From positions 186,001 to 250,000 of the forward strand of contig NMRA01000347.1 in assembly GCA_002633005.1 (NCBI GenBank): a stretch of DNA of 64,000 nucleotides. The letters run 5' to 3'. Source of the DNA: Phoronis australis. Taxonomy: Eukaryota; Animalia; Phoronida. A program made the position numbers and the translations under genes. Below, one piece after another: positions 50,945 to 64,000 of this stretch. Under the pieces are notes generated by a model. That model made no database searches and was not told the DNA's origin. It saw only the letters and a list, made by a program, of their open reading frames with translations. Positions within the stretch are counted from its first letter, which is position 1; each line of letters opens with the position of its first letter.

Positions 50945-53900
50945 TTTTCCCCAACGTTGGTGTGGTTGCACATTAGTGAAGCATTGTCCCTAACGTTGGT
51001 GTGGTTGTTTACTGAAGTAGTTTTGTGTGAGAAGACATCGTCTTCGTGAAAAAGATATGTAATGTAATAGACGAAAACCATTAAGAGGCAGTCCATATAA
51101 AAACCAGTAGATTTTCAAAAATCAGTCTATACGTCAAAATTTAAAACAACTTCATTTTTTGTACATGGGTAGGTATCCTAACAAAAACCCAAATGCCAAA
51201 TTTTGCGCACTCAATGACCCCTAATTTCGCCGCTGGAGCATGATAACACAAATTGGCACAATTGGGCATATTAGCCGTCTCAAAAATCGCATGTTTTCAG
51301 CAACAAAAATGAGTAACATACAAAATAGATCAAAAGCTATATTTTGGTGGCTGAAATAACCAACGTATACTGTGCATAATTCTGTGCCATTTATTAAAAT
51401 CTAACAGTTTTATGCTAGACAGGGGAGATAATCCACAGACCACTTTTTGGGGCTAATTTTAGTGGCCATTTTTGTGACCTTCTTACTGCCATAAAACACC
51501 TTGTAGCCTTATGTGACGTTTTGAACATACAGTTAAAGAGTTAGTCTTGATGACTGAGCAATAAAAAATCTTGCCTCAACTTTGCACTTTAGTGAAAATT
51601 GTCTTGCAAAACTGTCTATTTTCATAGTTTGGAAATGACGAGCAGAGTTTACAAACCATTTGAACAAACTTTTAGGCAAGAAGTCTGCTTTAAATAGTTA
51701 TAGAAACCAAGTCTAAAGTCTTTCAAATGAAAACAAGATGTTTTCTGGGTTTATTACGCGGCTAGTATCAAAACTGAACCCGATGACCTTTGCCCACTGA
51801 GGAAGTCAGTTGAGGTTTAAAGCTTGAGGATTTATAAAAAATGTACGTGTAATCCTCTCGTATTCTTTCATTTCTTTTACATAATCAGGTTAATTTAAAC
51901 ACTCTGTACAACTTTTGAATGGAAATAAATGCCTTTAAGATTAAACGAGTAAGAATTGATATTTGTAATGTCTGATTTTGAGAGAAGCAAGTGCATTTTA
52001 AAAAGACAAAATGGCGGACGATGTCGATGGGCCTTCATGTTCCTTTAGAGTTTATTCTTCAAAAAATCACAAAAGCTGTGTGCTTTAGTGAGTCATGTCA
52101 AAGACACCACTGAACATTTGAGATACAAGAAACTACTTCACAAAGCAAGGCCTGTTCCAGAGTACGGACTCGTACTACCCAGAGTCGGTGAATTTCTGAC
52201 TGAACAGGACCAGTCATGGAAGAGTCAGGTAATGCTGGATGTTACCACTCTGCTCCTCTCCTCCTGAACGTAGCACCCTTGTCAAATTCTACCGGCATTT
52301 CTGTTTCGAGATATGACTTTAGTGAAAGTCAGAATGGAAAGGATCTCTGTGATCGCAAGATCGCTCCACTCAAACAACATGCAAAGTACTTTGTAGCCGA
52401 AAGTAATAATATCATAAACTTTCTGGATTTGAAAGAAGCACTACTTTCCAGTGGCCGTGTGAAGGGATGTTATGTGTATGCATTTTCAGTCAATGCAACA
52501 AAGTCTTTTCCAAAATACTCAGTTCCTGGTATAAGGACATTCCCAAATTCCCACTATTCCATCCAAGGAATTCACGTGTGGAAATCATTCCATGTAGATG
52601 ACGGTAAGTTCTTACAAATACTGAGAAAATGGGAAACCTATTTCTCTAAATTACACTAACATCTCTAGACATGGCGGATTTTCAACACCAAGACTTAAGG
52701 TTGGAATTGTATCTAGTGAAGAGCCTCAACAAAAGTTCCCTTGTACCCAGCAAGGTTACTCGAAATTTTTTGCTACAGACGCAGAACTAGGTCGGCATTT
52801 GGATGTGGGTAACCACACTGAACACGTATGACCACATCGCACGACAGTCGTCAGAAATGCTTTTAGATGCAAGAACCCGGAGCGTCATTTGAGGCAGCCT
52901 CAGAGTACAATGTGGATGAGACGAATGCTGAAGCAATAGGTTAGGCATTGAAAAAAGGTAAAAGGTCAACAAGATTTTCATCAAAGGTTAAGAACTTTCT
53001 GACGAACATATTCGATGAAGGAGAAAGTCAGGTAAAAACTTTCACCCTCGGAAGTGCCAAAATGCCGGGAGAAAACATTACGCCGAGAACCCACTGTGAA
53101 AGTGTAAATTTACCTGTGATGTTAAGTGAATCGCAGATTGGTGGATTTTTTCGAGGTTGTCTGCAGCAATGTTTATGACGATGCTATTTCTGCTGAAGAT
53201 GCTGTTATATTTACTGAATGAAGTGATAAATGAGCTCAACGTTTAGCCTAGTTTTGTAGCATACCAGTCAAAGATGTGTGATATATGAAGTCGAGACCGT
53301 TACTTCTGTTTACTTCATGTCTGTCATGAAGTAGTCATTAATAAAATTGTCTTTCGCGAATTATTTTCTATTAACTGTGAATGTGTACCTTTTTATACCA
53401 CTGATGATCACACTGGCAGAAATATTCAGCGTTAGGGTGCCCGGTGTGTGTGGGGGGAACACCAGATTTCTGGCGACTGGTGGCGACTAAAATTTGTAGC
53501 AACCAGCAGGGACATTACAATATGAACCCAAAGTTACAATGACTATTGACAAGTTGAAGGATTTTTTGCACTGAACACTAGGGGCCGGGGCATATCCACC
53601 TTGGGTGGCTTCCTTTGCCTGTGGCACGAACAAGGCAGATAGAAAACAAGGCAGGGGTGAGTTCAGTAACACTAGAACCTCTCTAAAATTTATCCAAAAC
53701 CACGTGTTCTCATTTAAAATACACGGCAACATCTCGCGAAGTCTTGAATTATAGCAAGGTCCTCGTGTTACTGCTCTTATTCTAGATGCGTCTTCAGTCT
53801 CCACGTAAACAAAAGCAGCGCCATCTATCATTTAGAAGCACGCATGCCAGTTGATTTACGTACACATTTTTGTAATAAGTATTAATCATCAATGCCGTTT

Positions 53901-55487
53901 TCATAGAATGGTAATTAATAATGCTGTCTGCCTTTTCTCCAAAATACAAAGTTTTTATTTCGTGTTTCGCAAGCTTATTATATGTTCCAAGAGCCCCCTA
54001 TTGGCAGCAGAGGCAACTGAGAACATGCAAAAGGACGAAGTGCAGTTCGTATAATGCTTCGTACGCAAAAACTACATTAGAGGCAAGATTTTTTATTTTA
54101 GATTATAAACAGGTTAGGAATGACCTAAAAAATTATTATAAAGTCAATTTCAGGAAAGGTGCGTTATGGCTGCTACAGAGTGTCAAATGTGGCCGAAAAT
54201 GGCTTCAGTGAAAACCTGAAAAATAACCGTTTTTGCCTCACAAATTCAAAACGTATAAATTTAAAAATGGATTTTGAAAGTTGTGCCATTACATTATTCA
54301 GCCATTGCCCTTTCAATTCGTATTATTCATTTGTTTTGACCGTATCATACATGCTAGTAAAATGCATTCAAACATGCCTACTTCGACGCCCAATTTTGTT
54401 GCAAAATGGAGGTACAGGTCATAAAAAGAAAAATAATGAATGAAAATTCTTAAAAAGTGAGGTTTTTCTACTTCTCAACAAATCAAACTTATGTGCTAAG
54501 TTTCAAAAAAATCGGTGATTTTGGGTATAGACTCTACCTGTTGGTTTTTACATGGAGTCACTCTTAAAAGGTATTCGGCATACACACAAGCAAGCGAACT
54601 ACATGTACTTGCTCAATCAGATAAACAGCAAAGATTTGTTTAGTGACGCATTCTGTCGCGGGTTTATGGAACCTGAAGTGCACGTCAAGGTAATCATTGG
54701 TGTCTCAAGTGTCAAAACCAACATGTTTAACAACTAAGTGTCTATGGTGAACGAAGTATTCGAATTGCATTTACTCCATATTGGTCTGTGACGCAGTGCA
54801 AATGTGTCGTTTCGAGACCACGTTCTTACGTGATCCGGTAGACATCCTGTGTGCTGTAAATCTAAGTGAAAAGCTTGAAACAGCCAAAACGTGCAGCCAA
54901 CTCCAAAGGCCGAAATCAATCAGAATTCTCTTTTAATAACATGTTTTTCAAGGACAGTCCGTTGTTTTGACGGAATAAAATGACTTGACAGTCTGGTACA
55001 TGACACTGTAAGAAGACTCTGATCCAGGGCATGCACTTCCAAAAAACTACAGTCACGTAAAAGATGTTGTTAACACCGGCTTTCAGGTTTTTCAACAAAT
55101 CAACACCAAATTCAAGAAGAACCCGCACGAACTTTGTAGACCTGGACATAACAAGGAGTGTTATAGGCCGCATTATAGTGTCAGGAAAGGTACAGTTGAA
55201 CGTAGCAGGAAGTGCCTACATGTAGTTGTCGTACGTGGTATTAGAAAGATTCAGTTTCCCGTTGGCAATGCTTTTCTCGTCTGCTGAAAGTAAAAGACCT
55301 TGACGAGCAGGTGAATCTAGCTTGTTAAGTATGGCTTTAGCCTGAACGTGGTCTCCGTCTCTCAGTGCATTGATGAAACGGTGGCCAAACCTCCAAGTGC
55401 AATTAATTTATCCTCTTCGGATTTGTCGAACAGCGACTCTGCTTGTATTGGGTGCACGACGTTATTGAAACCACTAAAACGCGCCAT
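50945..55487 (-). pseudogene. TRPV-like (ankyrin plus channel N-terminus) pseudogene split by Sola3
   Basis: From ATG 55487: RPITLLVMSRSTKFVRVLLEFGVDL..NNIF..KNMLLKENSD*FRPLELAARFGCFKLF..YRIT*ERGLETTHLHCVTDQY..RSP, resembling the TRPV last ankyrin repeat and linker. It resumes across the TTAA at 51081 as hydrophobic LLMVFVYYITYLF. Multiple stops. Confidence 0.6.
51085..54563 (+). mobile_element. Sola3 DNA transposon, internally deleted
   Basis: TTAA|GAG...CTC|TTAA termini and long diverged TIRs (several hundred bp). Transposase remnant 52216-53178: SGNAGCYH..RYDFSESQNGKDLCDRKIAPLK, C2H2-like FPCTQQG..LGRHLDVGNH, and RFSSKVKNFL..F..GE..SQIGGFF. Confidence 0.8.
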
Positions 55488-55719
55488 TTCTATTAACTAA
55501 AGGACGGTCGGACCGTGGTTGTGGTGCCGTTGACTTAGTTCTGGAAGCTTCTTGCGAGGGCGAAACTGGCAAGTTGACCCCCAAAATGGCGAGGATGGAT
55601 GTTGTTCCGCTCTCCTTGGACCTTGGGGCAAAATGCACGGCTTGTTATTTATTGCAAAAGGTATAACTGAAGAACTTAACTTATGCAAAATGTTTTGATT
55701 TTAATCGTCCTAATTGGCG

Positions 55720-57350
55720 AACTCGATTACATCAACTTTCCAGAAGCTTTCTGTAATGATTCGCTTACTACTCGGGTGGACATGAGTAGACAAGAACAGG
55801 TTGAGAAAAAAGATGAGAACAAGGAGTGAAAACCAAAAAAATGATAACAAAAATAATAACACATTAACATAATGATGCACGCGGTCGGCACCATGACAAA
55901 GATTTTAAATAAAGATTACAACATTGAAGTGATAAAAACGTATCGTAATCTGGTGTATATACATTGTATTGCAAATTTGTGTTCGGGATGAGAAGATGAG
56001 AAGATAAACCGGCTTAAAATTGTAGTTGGCCATAGGAAAAGTAGGTCTAATACTCTAAAGAAGAGAGCATTGAATACGTGAATGGTGCTCTGTGTGAACT
56101 GCACTACAATCTCGGGGACGCTCGGATCTTGGGTTCGCTATCATCTACCAGATCCTACTTAAACTCGATGAAATAATAATCTTACTTGAGATAGGCATCT
56201 ACGCCGATGTTGTTAAAGGTTTGCACAGTAAAACCATCAAGTTGAAAGTTGAAAATTTATATCCAAATAAGATGAACAAATGACTTTTTGAGTATTTTGG
56301 AACATGTGGGATTTAAAAGCATGGATAGGGCTATGAAGATGTGCTGGTCTGATTCATTCAGATGTATAAGGCGTTGTAATAATTTCCCCATCCGACTTCT
56401 GAGGCTAATTGCTTCGTAATGTATGGACTCGCTGCATTTTCACACTCCAGAAGCACTTTAAAGATAAAGATATTTTTGTTACACTTAAAATGTTTCCTTC
56501 ATCCGGGATTTACAGTTTCATCATTTTAATATAATATAGAGAGGTCACTAGGGTGAAACTTTCTGTTCAAGAGCATAACCTGAAAACACAACCAGCATGC
56601 TTGCACCCGACGAAGGCTTCGAAAATCTTAACCAAATTCGGAAAAAATCTCTAAAACGAATGTCTCTAGCAGAAGTACATGTAATCCCCCCATAAACTGT
56701 TATACCGTAGAAAACTCAAAATATTTGAATGGCTGTCTCGTAAAAGGCGGGTCTCATCTTTTGTCCTTTTTTGAAATNCCCAAAAGCATTCCATCACCGG
56801 ATAATAAATGCAGGGAATCACGTGATCGAAAGACGAAATCTTTATGATGGTACAGACGCCGAAGCTGGGTTTTACGTGCAATCGCTTGTGAACGCCAGAC
56901 GGTATTCAACGAAGTCGTTTGATTATGGTACAGGGCACGATATTGTACTGTTTAAAATCTACGATAACTGTGCATTTTTTCGCGGCATAAAAATAAGAAA
57001 AATAATTTATTGCTACCAGTTTGTCATCATTGTAGGCAAGAATGCTTTAGTGCAATTTGAATACAGATTTAGAAGTCAGCGGCTATATTTCGCTCGGTCA
57101 CGCAATTGCAGAACAATAATTCCCTGTTTAATGTGCGTTGTCTCATTGTATGTGAGGTCAGCAACAGTCTATAAGATTAATTTCTGCATCATGCTATCAA
57201 GGCTTCTACTGACGGTAGGAATGTGAATGCCATCTTTTGAGCTAATCGCAAAACTGACCAACTGATGGCTCATCAAAGCTCTTTGTGGGTTCTCATCGCC
57301 GGGATTTTGATGCGACCAGGACCGGGGCCTAATTTTGTATTCGAAATCCA
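55720..57350 (-). pseudogene. Possible second, heavily decayed TRP-like membrane protein relic
   Basis: Hydrophobic fragments incl. LLVLIFFLNLFL../LMSTRV (S6-like) and YDTFLSL; many stops and frameshifts. Confidence 0.3.
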
Positions 57351-60300
57351 ATAATATTTGACATTTTCCGTTTACTTTGATATTATTATTCTGGGTTTTT
57401 GTTTACGTAGATGACTAACCCTAGTCTGCACGTGGTATTAAAGCGCTAGTCTGAACGGGAAAATTCGAGTTGATCAAGACTCATACAGTTCGAACTTGGC
57501 AAATGTGTTTCTGCAGGAAACATTCACAATTATCGCCATTTTAACGTGCGTACAAACCATACTCTCGGCGGGACTTGCTGCTAACATATACTTTTGACGA
57601 CATAAAAATGCCGACGTCTAATAACAAAGGTGAACGTTTAATCATGATTTTTCTCACATGGTAAAAATGTATCGAAAAACCAATACCAGAAATGTCGACA
57701 AGTAAATCAGACAAAAGCGAAATACTGGAAGAGTAGTTTGAATATAATGTTTTATTTCTGTACCACGCTATTGTACAAACTAATCTTTGAATTACAATTC
57801 CAGTTTAACAGACACATATACAAGTACATGGGCCTCACAAAAACAAAAGCCTCTATTCTAGTACGCTACTGGGAAGAGAGTCTTAGTAAAAGCCTACCCA
57901 TTGCACGCTCGCGAAAATGATGATAACTGTGAATCCTCATTAATCACAGTTTATTCAAAGACAGAGTAATGCATACTTTTCTCGAGTTTGTATTCCAGTA
58001 GAATGGAAAATGTCGAACATAATTTAGGAACTTCCGGGATAAAAATGTCACCTTCTGATTTGGTGATCTCTTTACTCGCCTCCAAAAGAAGGTGGTCCCT
58101 ATAGGCTTGTGGAGCCACCACCGGAGAAGCCGTTATATGTTCACGAAAGGAGAGTTCGGAGCATAGCGAAAACCCACGGAAAAGCCCGAAGGATGTCCAG
58201 ATTTCGCCTCTCGAAGAAAAGCATAATCCCACACAAAATGGTTGACTTGAATGGGTCATCATAGCAACAGAAATGGAACCTAAACGCTAACCAGTGTGAA
58301 GTTCAGCAGTATACAGTAATTTTAGAGTTATACACCAAGTTCACTCGTTGGAACTTCCTGTTGACCTTCATAACCCAAAAACACGTGATGTATGCTTGCG
58401 CCGGATCAAGACTTCTAAAACCGTAATAGGAAAAACTCTTACCAAATCAAATATAACTACCCGAAATAAAACTTACCGCTCATAAGCTAAACTGTTTGTT
58501 TAATCTCCTGACTAACCATGGAAAATATATGAATGGTTGCATGAGGGAAAATATTTGTTTGTTGACAAAGATGAGCAAGTGATAACCGCAAAAGTTAAGT
58601 TACCGAATTAACCGTATGCGAGCGGTGGGAGTCGGGGGAGGGAGACGTATTTGTTGTAATTTTGATTTTGATGATGGATGCTTTTTTCCGCACCATCTTC
58701 AGTTTCATGACTACTTCTCAGCACGAAAGGTTTGCGTGACATTGTTTTGTGTTGCCTAGTATTCGGGACTTCATATAGTATTTATAAATTGACTTTTTAT
58801 TACGTGTAGAGTGTCTGCATTATCATCAACTTTGTTGACAATAATTGTATATTTTTTAACATGTTTACAATACTAAATGGCAAATAAATGACACAAAATC
58901 TATGGGAAATGTACCACAGCTAACCGGGAAAGCAGGGTGTGGGAGGGCGGTACTTGGTGGCAATAACTTGCCAAGCACCACCCAGTGAAAATTAGGCAGC
59001 GACAAACTTGGAAAGCTTGGGGTAAAATTGTGAAATGAGACAGAGGTGGATGTATCTGAACGGGGGTGTTGGACGAGACGAAGTTTGAGTGACAGAGTTG
59101 AATTTATATGTTTACCATTCAAATCAACCAAAATAAAGCTTTTGTCTCGTCCACAAGCATCCTCAGCTTCTGATCGCCTCCCGGGCCTTTAAAATATTTA
59201 GCAAATCCGACACGTGTGACCGTAAACTGAGTTTTTAAATAAGCTCTTGGTTCAAAACCAATGCCCAAAACTCTATAAAATCTTGCAAAGACAGGTCTCT
59301 ACCCTGCTACTCTAAGACACCTGAGGATGTGTGTTATGGTCCTGAATTTAGGAAAGTATATCTTAATCTTCCTTTTTGGGTAACATTAGTTTTGTAGTCA
59401 ATATACAGGTTAAGAGAAAGCTTGGAGCTATTGCTCCACGTTGGCAACTTGTAACAATTTTTAATCTTGGTAACAGTTTTACATTGGGATGACCAAGTGG
59501 ATTCTCAGCATCAGAATCAAAGACACAAGCAGTGCTGTTCCTAACCATTCATTGACAACTGGTTACTCTGAGGCTATATGAATAGAAATATTGGTTCATT
59601 TGAGCTCCAACTGTTTTGATTTTTTGTGGTCTCTCCCCTCACAATGTATTTTGACGTGTACATGTACATGTAAAGTCTGTTTTCCTGACCTGTGTTACCT
59701 GATTGGAATATTGTAAACTTTTGTCTTTTGCCTTGAGAATGGTTTAGGGATAATAAACCGAAACTTCGAGCAAATGTCGTTACTTACATATGTGCTGATT
59801 TTAAAGTTCGGACAGAATACTGAAAAATTAAGCAAACAAGCGATGCTTCCTGCGCTCTCTAGAGCCTTTTTAATTGCGGGAGTAACGACACCTATCGGGT
59901 AGTCAACTCTCCTCGAACATAAGTCAAAACACTGGCAGGCGCCTGGCACTTGACTGAACTTTCGGCTATCACGAAACCGACTGCGCGGAAGAAAATAGAA
60001 GGAGAGTAGGGTCGGTTAAGCCTGACCTGCCAAACGGAGCATGTCGAAGATCGACGACTTTGCTCGGTGACTGAAAGGAAAGCATGAGACGCATTTACGA
60101 AACTCAGAAATGGTCTCTTGTCACTTACTGTTAATGTTTGGTATTAAGTACTGTCATGCCTCTTGCAGTTACATATGGCGTGATATACAGGTAGGTCTTT
60201 CAGTTGTAGATTTACGTCTTTGGTTAAACTGACACATCGCCAACTGTTTGGATAATCACTAACCGCGTAACTTTTCAGTTAGCTGGCGTAATCATGAAAC

Positions 60301-62335
60301 TAAAAATACCAAACCTCCAAACAAGGCTAACCGACGAAGGACATCCATAGATCTTCCAAAATGACTTATAGCAAGGATTACGACTGACGGCAAAACTGAC
60401 CAATCATAACACAGCTTTCTTGACACACCTTCGTCTGCGTTTCCAAGTCGCAATTTTACCCGACAAACAATACGTTTTCGAGTAAAACTTTTTTAGTATA
60501 TAGCTCAAGAAATTTCGTGATGAGAATGATTATACGGTACTGATATGACGTGTGTAATTCTGAAAGCCGTCATGCAGTACGAGAAGAATATCCCGTCATT
60601 TTTTGGGCATGCGCTAAGCTGTAAAATGATGACGTAAGGTTTAAACTATGTATCAAACTGTGCGAACGGCCACGTACATGAGCAGCTGAACTTGGCAATG
60701 TTGCTTGATTACTCGAAGGTTCTACACAAATATATTTGTTCCATGATAAACACTAGTTCAGTTTGGTGGCTATAGTGTAGGCTTATCTGATTTTGACTCC
60801 GGAGATTCACTCGTCTGACCTCCTTTGTCTCGCCACCTTCTGGATCTCAGCACTATAACCTATCGATTGACCCTGGAGATTGTTTTTATATTTTTACAAT
60901 TTTTCAGTTACTTCGACCAATAGACATCGTTTTGTTTCGTAGCAGAGGTACACCCTTAAGCTGGCGTTCAACTGAACTTTTCCCCTAAATTGAGAGATTC
61001 GATCGGCACAGGGAGGGGCACTGGATTACGGACCTCAAAGTCATGTTCGAGCTGTTGTTACAAAAAAATAAACAGTTGAATTACACTTCGCCGAGTTACA
61101 GAGAGCTCATTTTGAAGTTGTTTTAAAAAACATGATATTTAGATTTATGAAGCTTTAAAAAGGAATTTGAGTTATTTTTGTAAATAGCCATTTTTGCCAC
61201 TACAGCAGACTTGTCATTTAGTAACCATGCCACAGTTTAATGATCACACTACGTTTGAAAATAACTGCAAGCTACCTTCATGCAGTGAAACTACAAAAAA
61301 TGTGAAGTTCGTCAGAAGGTAAGCCTGAATGATGCAATTATGTGCATGAATTTGACCTGGACACAGTCCTAGACCTACCGGAGCTAACTGCCCATCTTGG
61401 ACAATATGAGTGTGTACTTGGGCTATAAACCTGACTTTTTGTAATCGAAATAATTCGTTCGATGATTAGAAAAACGTAGACAGTGCTATCGTTTCGACCT
61501 ACTTACTCGGGAGTCACACGGGCAGTTGTGACCTACTTTTCATTTTGCGACTTTTAGCAGACGACAGAATAAAAATATCGGTGAATCTTCACTGATTTTA
61601 TTCGAAAGATCCTGAAATCTATGGCATCGCACAGATAATTCTATTTACAAACCCAGCGCTACATGAACACATCGCATCAGTGGCCTTGTCATTTGTCAGC
61701 TGAAGGTGAACCCCGTGTGGAGCTTTTCGGATTTTCGCTGACTCCGTAACATTTTTCCTCAAACACTTATTTTTTCATTGTCTCCTTTGCAAATTCCCAC
61801 ATTATGAACGTAGGATTCTCTGCTTAAAGTCATCTCCTAATGTCTTTGTCGAAGCGTATTGGGATAGTGCAAACGACACTCATCGAATACACCTGGAACG
61901 CCGTTTAGCGACAGTGTATATGCCTCTGACATCTTGTAAGGGGGCGGAGCTTGCGATACATCAAATTCTCACATATTGGAGGTTCAGTGGATTAAATGAA
62001 GCACAGCCACTTTTTTCTTAATATGGCCTTTGCTGGATGCCAGTGAGATCATGCGAAATGTATGGTGCTATACATGTAGGTTAATGATCGAGGACGCTCA
62101 AAGCCGTGTGTTTAAAGGGGGGTGAGGGTTGTACTGCTGCATGGGACAAAAACCCGTGCAAATGCCGTATGTCCGGCGAACTATTGTTAGACATGCGTTG
62201 TACATCTATATGAACAAATGCTCAGCATTAATTGTGGGCAAAATAGCAGAAACACAATGGCGACGTGATATTTCAGACAGTGGCTAATATACATGTACAT
62301 GTATTTCGTTGTCAGAAATCTTTTTCATAGGAGAC

Positions 62336-62492
62336 CGGGCATACGTTCAGTAGACGCTAGGACCTACGCTAGGACCTAGCTGAAACCTAGTCAACGTCAC
62401 GTGTTCTCATTTAAGATACACGGCAATTTCTCAAGTAATCTCGCAAAGTCTTGCTTTTTAGCGAGGTCCTAGCGTTACTGAACGGGAGGCGG
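62336..62492. mobile_element. ~155-bp MITE
   Basis: Same family as 19477 and 49606. Confidence 0.75.
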
Positions 62493-63897
62493 AATTCAGT
62501 TTCGAGCAAAACAATAAAACGTCATATCCAGGCCTTCTCACGAAACGCATGAACAATGAAACTGAATTCACTCGAAATCCTATTTGAAAGCATTACATCA
62601 CAAGAGTTATTGCGTCACGCACACGTGGTCTCGCAATGGCAACTTTGCAGAAGTCCCCGCTGCGAACCCTGACCAGCAAAAAGCCCACACGTGAACTTAA
62701 ATCGGGCGAGAGTTTCCAAGGTATTCCCAACCGCTATGTACACCTATTCGATGAAGACCCTTTTGGAAAGAGAGCCTTCTATCGCGGGTAAGTGAAGTTG
62801 AATTTTGTAATGGAGGACGACTTAGTTAATCGCAGATACGACTGCTTGCCTGCCGATCCCACTTGTTTCACGAGGACAAAGTTGTAGGGTATGCTTACAT
62901 GTACGCAGAAGGTCTGCCTGTGCTGAGACAACTTGCATGTGAGATTCTCCTCTCTCTTTATCCTGTATATTATTGAAGATGCTGTCCAGTATGCCAAGTG
63001 GACTGTGCCTGTCTGCGGACTTCCTTTCTATAGGGAAGGGATCTGAGAGGCAATTTTTTGCAAGAACGGTATTGTTGTGAACATTTTTTTGTCTTTATTT
63101 CTAACGAAAACAGAATACTTATATACTTATTTGTACGGATCCCATCCCATTCTCGATGTGAGAGTTTGAAGTACTTCTTTGAAAGTTTAGATATGAATCA
63201 AACGAGAATTATCTAAGCAAAAAACGAACAACGCAAAAATATGAAGGAATAAATTATGTCAATAAAAATGATGTATTTCGTTGTAACAAGCCAGCAGTCC
63301 ACATTGCAACCCAATTTCTAAACAAAATTAGTTAAGACTGGTATTAATGAACTTGAGTCGACATCTTGCAGTATTATTTAACTAATTATCAAATTTTCTC
63401 AAGATCTTTTAAAATTATGGGTCTTCAGAAGAGACCTGAACACTATTTCGTTCCCCTTATCAAATCCATGATAAAACTGCACTCGTAAACGCGAATAAGA
63501 ATTATATTCGAGACGAAATAGTATTTCTGCTTTTGTCTTTCACTATTGTAGACGAGGCGTATTCGCTTCACTCTATAAATCCCATTAATTTTCCCATTAC
63601 TACCAATCACAAATTTAAAAGTATTTTTCATTAAATGTTTATAAGATGCAGCAAATTTACACTCACATGTGTTAATTTGGTTGGCCTGTCAACTTTTGCA
63701 TTTATACAGTATAGTGATTTGGTTGGTCAGCTAACATTTAAGCCGATGGCATCTCCGTAATCACCAGCCGCAATGACGCTTTTTACATAAACATGTAATA
63801 CAACTGCAAGCAGAACAGTATTTGGTTAGGGTGTGGGATGATGGCGTAAGATAAGCAGAACACTATTTACGCACGCTCATTTGCAAGGGAAGTAAAC

Positions 63898-64000
63898 TAC
63901 ATGTATAATGCATAGAATACATGTAAGTAAGTAAAGCACACTGGGGAGGTATTGAATGTACATACATGTAGATGCATATATACATGTACATACATGTACA
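63898..64000. repeat. Cluster of TACATGTA motifs
   Basis: At least five TACATGTA or ACATGTA within ~100 bp. Confidence 0.8.

Larger units (their letters stand above)
30670..50945. repeat. Segmental duplication copy 2 (expanded by insertions)
   Basis: Colinear with 7330-21360 but with extra inserts at 34707, 39677, 42394, 43964, 47788, ~48940 and 49606; lacks ~18510-19965 of copy 1. Confidence 0.9.

Noticed and set aside
56771-57226. 151-aa plus-strand ORF
   Set aside because: No recognisable domain, non-ATG start; probably antisense to a decayed minus-strand gene.
62720-63000. Possible NTPase fragment (LFDEDPFG)
   Set aside because: Single weak motif with stops and no Walker A seen.

Overview
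AT-rich, repeat-dense, intron-containing eukaryotic DNA, most likely from a marine invertebrate (inferred from the transposon families, the TACATGTA footprints and the gene families). It is not prokaryotic: no operons, rRNA, CRISPR or convincing tRNA genes were seen. The core of the window is a diverged tandem segmental duplication (about 7.3-21.4 kb vs 30.7-50.9 kb). Each copy carries an apparently intact spliced minus-strand gene for a TauE/SafE (sulfite exporter-like) multipass membrane protein, and a fragment of a third copy lies at about 23.2 kb. Around it are an intronless TRIM-NHL pseudogene, an orphan QSOX (ERV/ALR) exon, a TRPV-like ankyrin/channel pseudogene split by a Sola3 transposon, and four decayed THAP domains, three inside TTAA-flanked Kolobok-type elements and one inside a long-TIR element. 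There are also nested transposons, tRNA-derived SINEs, MITE families, a LINE 3' end and many TA-to-TACATGTA footprints that differ between the paralogous blocks. Two assembly gaps lie at 26151-26303 and 42441-42988. All calls come from reading and manual translation; no database search was run.
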